Assembly: GCA_964016885.1 (NCBI GenBank)
Contig: OZ024747.1
Span: 78,430,001-78,494,000, forward strand
Source: Eledone cirrhosa
Lineage: Eukaryota
Direction: 5' to 3'
Length of the DNA: 64,000 bases
Positions within the stretch are counted from its first letter, which is position 1. Each line of letters opens with the position of its first letter. The notes beneath the pieces were generated by a model that worked only from the letters and a program-made list of their open reading frames with translations, searched no databases and had not been told where the DNA came from. Below are positions 1 through 13,610 of the stretch, piece after piece. The position numbers and the translations under genes are program-made.

Positions 1-8
1 ATCGGAAA

Positions 9-118
9 CAGTTTCCGATGATCTAGTAGAGTTAACATAGTATTTAAAATTGACTGGCACTGTTTTTAGTGTTCAGCAATTTTTAGACAACTCTATCAGT
101 GAAACAATTGTTAAACTG
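9..118 (+). ncRNA. Degenerate minimal hammerhead-like motif, fourth family
   Basis: CAGTTT-CCGATGA-...TAGAGTT...AACTCTA...-GAAA-CAATTG-TT^-AAACTG. The core has one substitution; stem III is palindromic. Confidence 0.5.
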
Positions 119-363
119 CAAATAAATCCCCTTTTTTGTACTGTTGACCATGTTATTCTCCACTTCTTCAATTTTATTACTCCAAGATAAACTTACATAG
201 GAATACAAGTGAAATCATAAAATCGTCATCTACGTAAACCTTGTTGAGTCAAGCAACGCCGTACGCTAAAACTATGCATAATAAGAAGTATTCCCAACCT
301 TTAATTGAATTACCTATAACGTTATCCTTTATATATATATATATGTATGTATGCATGTATATA

Positions 364-395
<32 letters not shown>

Positions 396-515
396 CAGTA
401 TGTACACATGCACACAGACACATATGTATGTATATATATATATATACACACATATATATATGCATATACAAATGGAAAAGGGAAGAAAAGTTATTTGTTT
501 GATACATAAATAAAA

Positions 516-548
<33 letters not shown>

Positions 549-744
549 GGCGGAGAGAGAGAGAGAGAGAGAGAGAGAGCGGAGAGAGAGGGAGAGAGAA
601 GGAGAGAGAGGAAGAGAGAGAGAAAATAATTGATAGAAAATATTCCAAAGAGATAATATCGAATAATAATCATTTATTGAATATGTAATCTAAGAAAGTC
701 ACAAAAAAAATGGATAGATAAGTAAATAGAAAGAAATGAAGATA

Positions 745-813
<69 letters not shown>

Positions 814-862
814 AAGAGTGAAGAATAACATGGTCGGCTGTACAAAAAGGGTTTTATTTACA

Positions 863-972
863 GTATTAACAATTATTTCATTGATCAGGTGAGTCTAAAG
901 GCCGTGATCACTCGAAATTGTGTCACTCGACCTTAAATACAGTGTGTCTCTCTGATCAAATCATAGGAATAC
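863..972 (-). ncRNA. Degenerate hammerhead-like motif, same family as 9-118
   Basis: Minus strand: GTATT-CCTATGA-tTTGATCAG...CTGATCAAt-GAAA-TAATTG-TT-AATAC, within element 810-1130 that is homologous to 1-330 and 39527-39600. The core is mutated. Confidence 0.4.
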
Positions 973-1406
973 ATTCTCCAAGAATAACCTGCATGGGAAT
1001 TCTTGCAAACTCGCTACCTATCTAAGGAAACCTCTTCTTGAGTCAAACAACACCGTACGTTAAAACTATCCATAGTACAGAGTACTCACAACCTCTAACT
1101 GGATTACCTAAAACGATAACTTGTTACCCCCCACCATATATATATATATATATATACAAATATTGGTAGGAAAATGGAAACACTCGGCGTAAGGGGAAGC
1201 TGCTAAAACAGAATGCTGTCGAAAAGGCAGAAATCAGCTGCTAGAAGTGAGTTGAAGAATTGATAGGAAGGAAGAAATAGAACACTTTGATGGCATTTTG
1301 CTGTTTTAATAGCTTCCTTACGGCCAGTTTTACCATTTTCCTACGAATTCTAATACACTCGCGTTTCAAAACTCGATATTCGAGTTAATTTTGTTTATAT
1401 ATATAC

Positions 1407-1534
<128 letters not shown>

Positions 1535-1974
1535 ATATATATAAAATTAAGTATGTGTATGTGTGTCTGTGTATTACCTATAGGGGCCTACATCTTACGA
1601 CCGATTTTCATGAAACTTTACAGGCTCATAGATTAGTCATCGGGGAGTGTTTTCTATATATAAGCGTATCGTTTTTTTAATTTTTATTCCGGAGTCATTC
1701 TGCAGATAAAAATAAGATTTTTGGCTCTAGCTCACATTTTGCCACCGATTTCGTTCAAATTTAAAGCAAAATAGAATTTATCATTGCATATCCTGTAATA
1801 GCTTTATATTTTGCATTTGTTGTTCAGGGACGGCGTGGCAGCCGCTTAAATATTCAAAAATACCACTTTTAGACTCAAATTTCAACTTTTTCGGCTCTAG
1901 TTCCCACATTAATCAACCTACTTTATTCAAATTTTACACTACGCTAGATCTGATTATTTCACGTCTTAAACTGG

Positions 1975-2500
1975 CTTTACATTTTGGATTGCGCAAGTTT
2001 GCGCCTCCCCAACCAAATCCCCGACGACAAGCGCCAACCTCTTCGCTAACACCCAGGCCAAAATCTTAAACTCTGTGTTGAGCAGAGTTATGGGCCTCAA
2101 ATTGTCTAATGTGTCCTCTCTGGCCGTTCTGGTCACTTCTATAGGGACTGTATTCGTCCCCTCCACAATCACACATCCCAGAAGCCACCACATGTCAAGT
2201 CCTGGTGGGATTCTGGGAATGCGGAGACGGGCCGTTCTTTTTCCCATGTGGGAGGGGCACATTATGACCTTGCTGGTTTTGCAAGGAGTCATAGCGTGTT
2301 TCATAGCGAGGGCTTCTGACTTGAACAACACCGAAATGGTGCCGTACTGTCTGCCCCTCTCTATGTACTGGGTGTCTTCTCTGATGCACCTCAGCGCGAC
2401 TTCGACATCTTCTTGTGGGATTAAAGCTGCCCTTTTGGTTTGTACTGAGATGCATCTATAATGCACCGTTTTGCGCTCCACTGCCTCAATAACTTCTACC
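1975..2500 (-). pseudogene. Internally deleted L1/Tx1-like LINE fragment (ORF1-like part fused to RT start)
   Basis: The ORF ends in LDNLRPITLLNTEFKILAWVLAKRL...EAQTCAI, the non-LTR RT domain 1-2 motif. The upstream part resembles ORF1 sequence. Confidence 0.7.
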
Positions 2501-2729
2501 GGGACAGTTAAGTTGGTTCAGCCATTTTTTTTTTCTCCGTAAATGTTTTAACATGTAAAAAAATTTCAAATATTTGGGCCAAAAGGCCCAAATATTATAC
2601 TTTCCCCTTCACAGGGCAAAGTCTAACGGCTTATATCCCTTACACAACAAGAAATATTTAACAACAAATAATTTTAACAGGCAAATAAAGCGACTTACTG
2701 GGAGCGAGCAAAATACGTCCGCTTAGACC

Positions 2730-2784
<55 letters not shown>

Positions 2785-2826
2785 GTAATGATAGTAATAA
2801 TAATAATAATAATAGTAATAATAATA

Positions 2827-3716
2827 AGACAAGGGGATGTCCAAGGAGGAAATAACAACAAGGAGAAAGAGCAACCTTCATGCAAAATCCCTTCATAGTA
2901 CCTTCTTTGAGAAAACTGAATTCAGAGATCCACAGACATGGAACTGGTTGAAAAGAGGAGACCTTAAAAAGGCTACAGAAGGAATGCTGATGGCTGCGCA
3001 AGAGCAGGCCCTCAAAACGAAGTGGCTGAAACACCATATTTACAAGGAGGAGGCTAGCCCACTGTGTAGGATCTGTGGAGAGAGAGAGGAGACTGTGGCT
3101 CACATTGTATCCGAGTGTAAACACCTAGCCCAGACTCACTATAAAGGCTGGAGACATGATGTGATAGTCAGGATGATCCACTGGCACCCATGCAAAGTAA
3201 ACAATTTACCACATTCTGAGAAGTGGTATGAGCATAAGCCAGAAAACGATCAGGTGAAGGTGCTGTGGGATTTTAGGATACAGACGGACAAGAAACTGGA
3301 ACACAATAGACCTGATCTGGTGATTTTGGACAAGGAAAAAAGATCGTGCCTAATTGTGGATGTAGCCTGCCCATTCGACACAAGAGTGCAAGAGAAGGAG
3401 AGGGAGAAAATTAACCGATACCAGGACTTAAAATAGGAGGTAAAAAGGATTTGGAACTGCCATGAAGTCAAAGTGGTCCCGATTGTCATAGGCGCACTAG
3501 ATACTATCTCAAAGAGTTTCCAAGGATGGTTAAAGAAAATTAGTCCAGCCCCGCTTTTTGGAACACTTCAAAAGCATGCTTGCTGGGAACAGCAAGAACC
3601 CTCCTATACGTCCTGAATATCTGAGGCTGCAGGTAGTGGCTTGATATTTATTTCAACAAACTTTCCAGTTAACTAACATCAATGACTGAGACTCAAAGAA
3701 CAATAATAATAATAAT
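2827..3716 (+). mobile_element. 5'-truncated R4/Dong-like non-LTR retrotransposon (restriction-like endonuclease end)
   Basis: AAQEQAL, CRICGEREETVAHIVSEC zinc knuckle, RHD, HNRPDLVILDK...IVDVACPFD. Premature stop at 3434-3436. Starts after (AAT)n and ends in (AAT)n. Confidence 0.88.
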
Positions 3717-4764
3717 GCTTTCTTTATTAACCACAAGGGTTTACATAAAGTAGACATTAAGGACAGTACAGGACAATACAGGACGGTACAAATGGGCATT
3801 TCTGCGTGTAAAAAAACTAAAAAAACTGAGGATGTAATAAAAGAACAATTTCTCCGAGGGCCATCGTGGAGAAAGCCCATTAAAAAAAGCCACGGTGACC
3901 CTGACCACCAGGGCAATTGTCCTCTCCCAGTTTTCCACCTTCAATTTACAGGCATATATTCAGAGTAGGTCCATTCACTCGGGCCATTCTTGCCTCTCTC
4001 ACCCATCTTTCAACAAAATGCTGGGAAGAGAGCACTTCCCTCTCTACCCTGATTTTCATTTTCAAATGAAATTGGAAAAAGTTAATCAGGGCATCACCGA
4101 AGAGGTAAGTGCTCGTCTTCAGCCCTTTCAAACGTGTCCACCATACTATCTCTTTCGCCATGGCCACCAGACAGATAAAAACTGCCTGCCCTTCCCAGCT
4201 AAAGTAAGAGGGCGGGGCAATCCTCACGATGGACTCAGCTGATAGTTGGATCCGTTCTACACGCGACAGCAGGTGTTCGACATAAACCCACAAGTAAGCA
4301 ATGCTTGGACACTGGACGAGTGCATGCAGGACGGTTTCGTCGCCCTGCGTGCATCTCGGACATGCCCGGCTAACGGCACCTCCATGCCTGTAGAGTTTAT
4401 CCCGAACTGGCAAAGCTCCTCGGTAGCACTGCCAGGCCAGGGGTTTCTGGAAGTTGTCCATAGGCCCCGGCCCGAAAGTTCTTCCAAAGAGATTGGCTAG
4501 TTGATTTTCGTCGACGCCTAGAGTTTCCCCAAGTACGTCGTCGCTCTTCCCCTCCACTAATCCTCTATAGAACGCCAAGGTGGAGTTTCCACCGATCACA
4601 TTGCCCGATTGGTCGAGGGCTGTGAGTGCCTGAAGACATTCCAGTCTCCAAGCGCTCCCTCTCGGTCTTCGCTTGACCCAGGACTGTAGCTCCGTCAAGG
4701 AGATGAGCTGGGGAAAGACGCGTCTAGCAAACGGCGACCACACCTGATCACCGTCGAGGAAGAG
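3717..4764 (-). mobile_element. 5'-truncated L1/Tx1-like LINE 3' end
   Basis: WQCYRGALPVRDKL...CPRCTQGDETVLHALVQC zinc finger, stop at 3946, then a 3' UTR ending AATAAAGAAAGCA(TTA)n. Confidence 0.85.
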
Positions 4765-4785
4765 TATATAATAAATAATAATAAA

Positions 4786-5070
4786 GTGGGAGGTAAAAAG
4801 GATTTGGAACTGCCATGAAGTCAAAGTGGTCCCGATTGTCATAGGCGCACTAAGTACTATCTCAAAGAGTTTCCAAGGATGGTTAAAGAAAATTAGTCCA
4901 GCCCCGCTTTTTAGAACACTTCAAAAGGCATGCTTGCTGGGAACAGCAAGAACCCTCCGATACGTCCTGAATATCTGAGGCTGCAGGTAGTGGCTTGATA
5001 TTCATTTCAACAAACTTTCCAGTTAAATAACATCAATGACCGAGACTCAAAGAACAATAATAATAATAAT
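4786..5070 (+). mobile_element. Second short 3' copy of the R4/Dong-like element
   Basis: Near-identical to 3432-3716; bounded by (AAT)n. Confidence 0.88.
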
Positions 5071-6079
5071 TGTTTCTACTTTTGGCTCAAGGCCTGCAAT
5101 TACCCCAGTGCATTACTGGTACTTTATTTTATCGACCCCGTAAGGATTAAAAGCAAAGTTAACCTCGGCGGGATTTGAACTCAGAACGTAATGCCGTCCG
5201 TTCTTTTGCCATTCCCTTTAAGTAAAATATGCAGAGGCTTAGGGAATGTTAGGAAGAGGGATATCATTTTATTGAACTGTTAAATGATATCTGAATGGCT
5301 GCTGGAAGATACAGTAACAGCAATTCCTCACAGACACAGGAAGCCCTTGAAATTACAAGCCTATGTCTTGCTTGCTAACAATATATAAGTTTGTGTGTGT
5401 GTGTGTGTGTGTATGTGTGTTGTGTGTGTATATGTGCTTATGTGTGTGTATGTGCGTGTGTGTGTGTGTGTGCACATACACACACACACATCTGTGATTG
5501 AGTGTGTGTGTGTGCGTGTGTGTGTCTCTGTGCACATTCAACATTTTTTTATTTCAGCCATTTAAAAACACAGTAAGCGGGTAAACAGAAGCAATAAAAA
5601 AGAAAATATCACACATACACACATACAAAAATACATACACACACACACATAGAACCCCCCCCCCCTACAGATACACTTCCACACATCAACACATCCGCAC
5701 ACACACACACGAACTTACACACACATACTTCCACACATCCACACCCACACCTCACACACACACATCCACACCCACAGAGAGACGCAGGTGGACGAGATAG
5801 GACAGGACACTATAAAATCTGTAGTAATATAGGTGTGGTAATAACAATATGTCTGCCAAAGTTGTGAGAAGTTGTTAATGTCACCTTCCTTACAACAACT
5901 AGTTTAAAACAACAATATGGCCGACTTTAATGAGGAGTTCAGTTGTTTCAACCTGTTTAATGTCACGTTGCTTTCTTAATAAAACTATACAAACGATGAC
6001 GGTAGTAACAACATAACTACTACTACTACTACTGCTGCTGCTGCTACTACTGCTGCTTCTGCTACTGCTGCTGCTACTG

Positions 6080-6123
<44 letters not shown>

Positions 6124-6885
6124 GGTGAAGTATTTTACTCGTAATTAAAAATATTGCATTGTACATTTTAGCATACATACACCCACATATATACAGATAA
6201 ACATATAACAGCATACATGCACATATATATGCACACACATGTATATATATACATAAATATATGCACAAATATATACATTAATATATATGTATGTGTGTAC
6301 GTGTGTGTGTGAGTGTTTGTGTGTATACACAAGAATATGCACGTGCGTGCACTCATGGAAATATCTAGACTTATACCCATATTTGTATGACAACTTTTGC
6401 ATACACTCACACACACACACACACACATATATATGATGAGCATATCGGTGTGTGTGTGTATGTGTATACTTGGAAGCATGTATGTAGTTATAACAAACCA
6501 CATATTAACCTTACATGGCGTCACTTTGATCATTTCATTAAACTGTCATATTATTAAACAAGCTATGTTAACAGATTAATTACCTCCCTTCTCTTCCCAC
6601 TATCAACTACGATCAAAGTAAGATGTTGTCAAGACCGCAATATGTATGTATGTATGTATGTTCTTCTGGTTTTATAATTTCACAAAGTTTTACCAATAGA
6701 GAGAGAGTCGGTTTCTAACATAGACACAAGACTCTCTCATTGGAATTTACACATCAACTAGGTAGATATGTATGTATGCATGCATGTGTAGATATAGATG
6801 TTATTGTATGTGTGGATGTGGATGTTTTGAGTTGTATGTGTGCATGTGTATATGCTTTGTATCTGTACATGTGTATATGCAGTTA

Positions 6886-7307
6886 TTAGATGCAAAATTT
6901 TTGGAATGTTTTACATAGTTTTACTGTTCCATTAATGGATTGTACTTGTAATTTCCTAACTAGTTGTGTTCTTTCTGTTCCTGTGAAGCCTTGCTTCTCA
7001 AGATTTGTATTGAGGCAGTTACTAACATATCCCAGTGCCCCAATAATCACAGGCATAAATCTGAAGGTGTAATCAGGGTGGAGTATCTGCAGATTTCTCA
7101 TCAGTTCTGCATAAACATTCTCCTTTTCACTAATCTTTGATATTATATTGGCATCTGCTGGGCAGCTAATTTCCACTACTGTGCATGTTTTCTTCTCCCT
7201 GTTCCATATCATAATATCTGGTCTGTTATGCCTGCATTTTATTGGGGTTTTTACTGGAACATTCCACCAGTACTCTTTCATATTATGTACATGGATGTCT
7301 TCCACAT
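6886..7307 (-). pseudogene. Divergent R4/Dong-like endonuclease 3' fragment
   Basis: WWNVPVKT...HNRPDIMIWNREKKTCTVVEISCPAD...PVIIGALG; abuts a (TACA)n tract. Confidence 0.8.
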
Positions 7308-7444
7308 TGTATGTATGTATGTATGTATGTATGTATGTATGTATGTATGTATGTATGTATGTATGTATGTATGTATGTCCCTCACACACTCTCATACACA
7401 TATACACACATATGAACAAGACCAGGAAAAAATATATATATATG

Positions 7445-7505
<61 letters not shown>

Positions 7506-8621
7506 CATATAGAAATTACTTCTACAGGACTAGAGCTGTTTCATTCGTTTGAATACGAATCAATGTAATGAGTGCCTTATTAAAGTGTAGTCCTTTCGCT
7601 TCCTCTCAAGAAAACCACTCTTAGTCACACTCTCTCTCACACACACAATAAACACACAGATGGTCACACACACACACACACACTCACTCACTCACACAGA
7701 CACACAATATACACACACATACGATTCTATTATAACGTGTGTGTAACGTGTTTCTGTGATGATTGGCTCAGTGACCAGACATACTAAAAAAGTGTCATAG
7801 AAAAGGAAAAATAAAAAAAAGTACTCCAACCTAAACAAATACCTAACGTCCCACTTGACCACTTGCACAAACTATATGAAAGAGTAATGAGTAAAGACCC
7901 CCTTTTGGTCACTTACAAAATTTCCCTCCTAGGAACAAGCCCGGGAAAGGTTGTTTTGTGGAAGCAGTCACCCATGCAGTCACCCATGAATACTAGTCCC
8001 CCATTTCCACGCCGCCGAAGTTGTCCAAGGGAAAGGCAAAGACCGATACATCTTGGCACTAGTGTCACCGCAACTCTAGTGAACTGGAGTAACATGAAAT
8101 AAAGTGTTTTGCTCAAGGACACAAGACACCACCCGGTCAGAGAATCGAACTCACAATCTCACGATTGTCCGTCCATCGCCCTAACCATTAAGCCACGGTT
8201 CTTCACATATTATACATACCTTCACGTGTTTTATAGTGTGCAAAAATATCTGTGCCCTATTCACCAGTATTTATGTATTTATATATTTATTTTGTTATTT
8301 TAATTCCACCCCCACCGTTTTTCATTCCATGTTTTTCATGTTATCCAATAGCAATGTTTCAGTGCCAAATCATAGTCTTCACAGTTTTTCTGCCAAAATG
8401 CTGGAACTGGCAGATTCTGGAATGTACACTCTCTATGAAAGAAAACAAGAAAAGATATGTTAGGATGTAGTTTATATAAGAGAGGAAGAAGGGGGGGAGG
8501 TGTATAATAGAGAGGGGGCGTATTATATGGATAGAACGAGGAGAATGAACGGAGAAGAGTTGGAAAACGGGGGGGGATAGATAGATATAGAGATAATAGA
8601 GGAGAGAGAGAGAGAGTGAGT

Positions 8622-8663
<42 letters not shown>

Positions 8664-8736
8664 CGATCCAGTACTAGACTGATATATTTTTTATCAACCT
8701 TGAGAGAGAGAGAGAGAGAGAGAGAGAGTGTGTGTG

Positions 8737-8810
<74 letters not shown>

Positions 8811-9398
8811 GGAGTCGAAAAGGCAGAACTAGGACAGTGACAATTGGCAGTATCACTAGAGAGTCGGACACCATGCTTAGCAGCAAAGAGTTACCGCCCT
8901 TTATTTGTCTGAGTTCAAATCCCACCGAGGTTAACTTTGCCTTTCATCCTTACGAGGTCGATAAAATAAAGTGCCAGTAATGTACTGGGTAATTGCTGGC
9001 CTTGTGCCAAAAGTAGAAACAATTATATAAGAACGTATTTGAGATACAAAAAAAAACAATGAAATATTGGGAGAGAAAGGAAGTTGGCAAAAATCGATGT
9101 AAGACAGAGTGAGATTTTTAGAATAATGATAGGTCAGTGGCAGAATCAGAGGAAACTGAAGAATATCTGATTGTTGGTCGTTCCAGAACGCTGAGCAAAT
9201 GTCAGAAATATTGTTTTAGTTATGTATTTTCTGTTAAGTGTTCAGCAACTCGGCAAAGTTGTTAGAATGTTGAATTGAATCCTTTGTGGTGTTTGTTCTA
9301 GCTCTCTCAGTTCAAACCCACCCAAGTCCATTTCAATAAAAAAAAGTACCAGTCCAATACTAGGCCGATCCTTCCTCAATATAACTCTTTTTTTGCAC

Positions 9399-9478
<80 letters not shown>

Positions 9479-10738
9479 AATCTGTAAAGTATAATAGAAG
9501 TCTAAGTTGTATTTAAATATTTTGTAGATGAAGTAATTATGGACATTTGACAAATATCTGATTGTAAATTAATTTTATAGCTTATAATCAGTATGGCCGC
9601 CTTTGACTGATAAAATAGCTCCAACTCTCTTTGGAATGATAAGCTGTCATTTGGCATTATAATCTAGTTTAATATTATAGCAGGCTCCCTAAACGACTTT
9701 CTATAGAACTTCTTTAGGTTTTGGCGACATTGTGGCTTCTCTTTTATCTAAATAGTTCCATAACAGTTCAGTAATATTCTGACATGGATTTCGAGTATTC
9801 CTTATCAAAGATGGATATGTAGGCGTGTGGCTTTGTGGTTACAGTGCTTGATTCACGATCGTAAAGCGGTGAGTTCGACTTATTTTACATTGCTCTTTCG
9901 AACTGGGGGAATTGGAAATATATGTATAATAGATATAAATAGAAGTTGTAGCCGCAGCAGAGGAGATACCAATAGAATATACCAATATATATATGTACGT
10001 ATGTGAGTGTGTGTGTGCGTTTAAAGACCCACTTCAGTGATGGTTGGGCATAGGTTTTCATCTGGAAAGTTCCTCTCGCACACGTAAGGTACATTTTGTG
10101 GACGACCAACAGTCCCCCATGCATTCATGTCGCCTTGTTCAACGCCATCAATGTTGTGAAAGGGAAAATAAAAATGGCGATATAGCTTGACGCCATTGAT
10201 GTCGTAGGTAAACCGGAGCCACGTGAAATAAATTGTGCCCCCCCCCCCCCGTCTGGAAATTGAAAACCCGACCTTATGATCGTGAGCCCAACACCCTAAT
10301 CACTAGGCCAAGATATCTACCAATGCTACTTATAGAAACCAAGAATCGAACTACCAATCTATCGCTTGCTGAGCGATCGATCAGCCGCTGACACCAAGTG
10401 ATCGCAAAGAAAAGTATATGTAATTGTGAATGGATGTGTGGGTGTTCGTACTTGTATCGAATCAATCGAAAGCAGATAGTGAAACACTTCATGGAGGAGT
10501 AGGGAGAGAAACTAGGGTTTTTTTAAATATTGGAATTGAAGTAGTGTATAATGGAACACGACAGAGTAGGAGAGAACAGTAAGAAGTGGGAATAGAAGGC
10601 AGAGAGAGAATAATTGTTTCTACTTTAGGCACAAGGCCAGCAATTACCCAGTACATTACTGGTACTTTATTTTACCGACCCCGTAAGTTAACCTCGGCGG
10701 GATTTGAGCAGAGAGAGAATAATATAGAGAGAACAGTG

Positions 10739-10883
<145 letters not shown>

Positions 10884-11162
10884 TATACTGTGTAGTGGCA
10901 ACCGAGTCTTTAAATTAAGTTGGGAGCTAAGCTTTATATGTGTAAAGATATATATATTTTTCAATCACATATTTTTTTATTTGTTTGACCCGAATTACTT
11001 GGTCGTTTCTATGGCTATGCGGATGACGGTTTAACCATCGTCTCAGTGTGTTTGGCCTTTAACGTATGTTGTAGCTCTGGTTCGTCAGAATTATTGAGCG
11101 CTTGCCACACATCTCGGTAGATGTTTTTCGCTAATTCCAAAGCCGAAATACGATTCTCGCTA

Positions 11163-11197
<35 letters not shown>

Positions 11198-11201
11198 GGA
11201 A

Positions 11202-11250
<49 letters not shown>

Positions 11251-11296
11251 TATGAAATACTGTTGGCTTTTCGCTACAATGTTTTCTATACCTTTC

Positions 11297-11408
<112 letters not shown>

Positions 11409-12315
11409 GTATATTTGGAGAGAGAGATCAGTATGAATGGGTTTAGGGAATGTAGAAGAAGGAAAGAAAAATCTTTATGGAGTCAGAGTAAAAAAAAAAA
11501 AAGAATACGTAGCAGTAAGTGATGGTGGGAGTAAGGAAAGTAAAAAAAATCTCTCAAGTTAGATTGAAATAAGAGATGTAGTAAGAGAAAGACTGAAGTA
11601 TATACAGGAGTGGGGATATTTCACCAACGACGACACAAGTGAAGCGGGGAAGGTAGAGATATTGTGATTGAAGAAACAGCCTAAGTAAGAGTAAAAAAGA
11701 AACAAAAGTATGTGAAAACGAAGTCTGAGTAGAAGACCAGTGAACAGTCGGTGAAAGAGAAATCGAGAGTGGAAGTGTGTCTGTGTGCTTGTGTGAAAAC
11801 GGATAATGGAGTTGTTTCATTCATCGATGTTGTATAGTTAAACGGCAGCCAGCCACATTAAGCTACTGGGGTGTGTTTTCTCTATATTATATATCTATAT
11901 ACGCACACAATCACTATTGTAAGCAGACACAAACTTTCGCATCCGAATGCGCACACACATATATATGTGTATTCGCCTTAGAATGTGTGTTATGTGTAAA
12001 ACTTTAGTATTTAGCTGCATACTATAATAACTTCGGTCTCTCAGCATACATAGATAACTGCAAACACTTATATATATATATATAACATATAGAAAGGTTG
12101 TTTGGTAGTTTAGGGGTCCTAAATACATCTCCATTATTACGAACAACTTGTACCTGGCGTCTTGTACCAAAATACGGAGGAACAAAAACAGATATTCTAA
12201 TCCACAGACTCGAGTTAACGGACTTACATTCCCGGCACTGGACAACTATGGTAAGTTTGTTGTTATCACCCTCTACCCCCTTCCCTCTCGACCTCTCTCT
12301 CTACCTCTCTCTCTA

Positions 12316-12366
<51 letters not shown>

Positions 12367-12845
12367 TTATCTATGTCCCCTTCTTTTGTGCCCCTGTGGC
12401 TAATAAAGAAATATATCTATCTATCTATCTATCTATCCATCCATCTATCTTCGAAGTTTTCTTTATCGTCCATTCTCGTTGTAAAAACTGTTGTCGATCA
12501 TCATCACCACCACCACCACCACCACCACTACCACCACCACCTTCTTCTTCTTCTTCTTCTTCTTCTTCTTCTTCTTCTTCTTCTTCTTCTTCTTCTTCTT
12601 CTTCTTCTTCTTCTTCTTCTTCTTCTTCTTCTTCTTCTTCTTTTCCAAGGGACTTGATGACTATGCAGGTGGCGGTGGAGATGATGTTTTTATTACTGTC
12701 CGATCGGTAATTTGAGTGAGACCTAGCTACTATCTCTAACTGAAAAAGGGGACCGTATAGAGGGTGGTGTGTTGGATGGGGGTGTTATTGCTATTTTTTT
12801 AGCCCCACACCAGGCCAGATTGTCCAGTCAAAGTCACTGGTCTCC

Positions 12846-12927
<82 letters not shown>

Positions 12928-12932
<5 letters not shown>

Positions 12933-13251
12933 TTCTATTTAAATTGTTGGGATACAACAAGCAAATATTTTTATAACTGATATAAAGCACTCAACAAATA
13001 TTTGGAGTAAAAATACGATATTAACAAATGGAAACTATATTTATAAAACCATATTTATTTCATTATATATATTTCAAGGACACCAAGTTAAATTATGGTG
13101 TGCTTTCATCGTATGTCAATATTTATTTATAAAACTGATCTATATTATATTTTATCTGATGAAAGCACACCATAATTTAACTTGGTGTCCTTGAAATATA
13201 TATAATGAAATAAATATGGTTTTATAAATATAGTTTCCATTTGTTAATATC

Positions 13252-13255
<4 letters not shown>
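12928..13255. mobile_element. Fold-back terminal fragment of a Penelope-like element related to the array element
   Basis: Aligns by eye with 25134-25346 of the array (ttgttggg.tacaac, ataactgatataaa.gcactc.acaaata, aaatggaaa.ctatatttataaaaccatatttatttcattatatatatttc). Perfect inverted arms at 13013-13110 and 13158-13255. (TA)n on both sides. Confidence 0.85.
13148..13212 (+). ncRNA. Minimal type I hammerhead ribozyme
   Basis: TATTTTAT-CTGATGA-AAGcACACCAtaatttaactTGGTGTcCTT-GAAA-TATATA-TA^-ATGAAATA. Stem II has a different sequence from the array copy but still pairs. Confidence 0.85.
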
Positions 13256-13311
<56 letters not shown>

Positions 13312-13521
13312 GTTATTCCGGGTTGAATCGGAGGTAACCACAGTAAGTAAGGTACTCAATACATTGCAGAGTATAAAAGTTTTAATATAGATGAGATTCT
13401 ACAGGACTAGAACTGTTTCATTCTTTAGAAATCATCAGGAATCTGGGATACCCAGATTCCTGATGATTTCTAAAGAATGAAACAGTTCTAGTCCTGTAGA
13501 ATCTCATCTATATTAAAACTT
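13312..13521. mobile_element. Fold-back hammerhead-bearing terminal fragment, second family
   Basis: Perfect 71-bp inverted arms 13377-13447 and 13451-13521 with an ATA loop, inside (TA)n. Related fragments at about 7510-7555 and 38920-39016. Confidence 0.75.
13454..13504 (+). ncRNA. Type I hammerhead ribozyme (mirror copy on the minus strand in the left arm)
   Basis: AGATTC-CTGATGA-tTTCtaaaGAAt-GAAA-CAGttctagtcCTG-TA^-GAATCT. Stems I and III pair fully; stem II is short. Confidence 0.8.
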
Positions 13522-13533
13522 ATATATATATAT

Positions 13534-13564
<31 letters not shown>

Positions 13565-13610
13565 TTAAAGGGAACAATGAATCAGTGTTGCATCATTTAC
13601 ATATTTAATT

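Noticed and set aside
3946-4842. 298-aa ORF as an intact gene
   Set aside because: It is chimeric: the N-terminus is antisense Dong-like sequence plus (ATT)n, fused to a truncated LINE ORF2 end.
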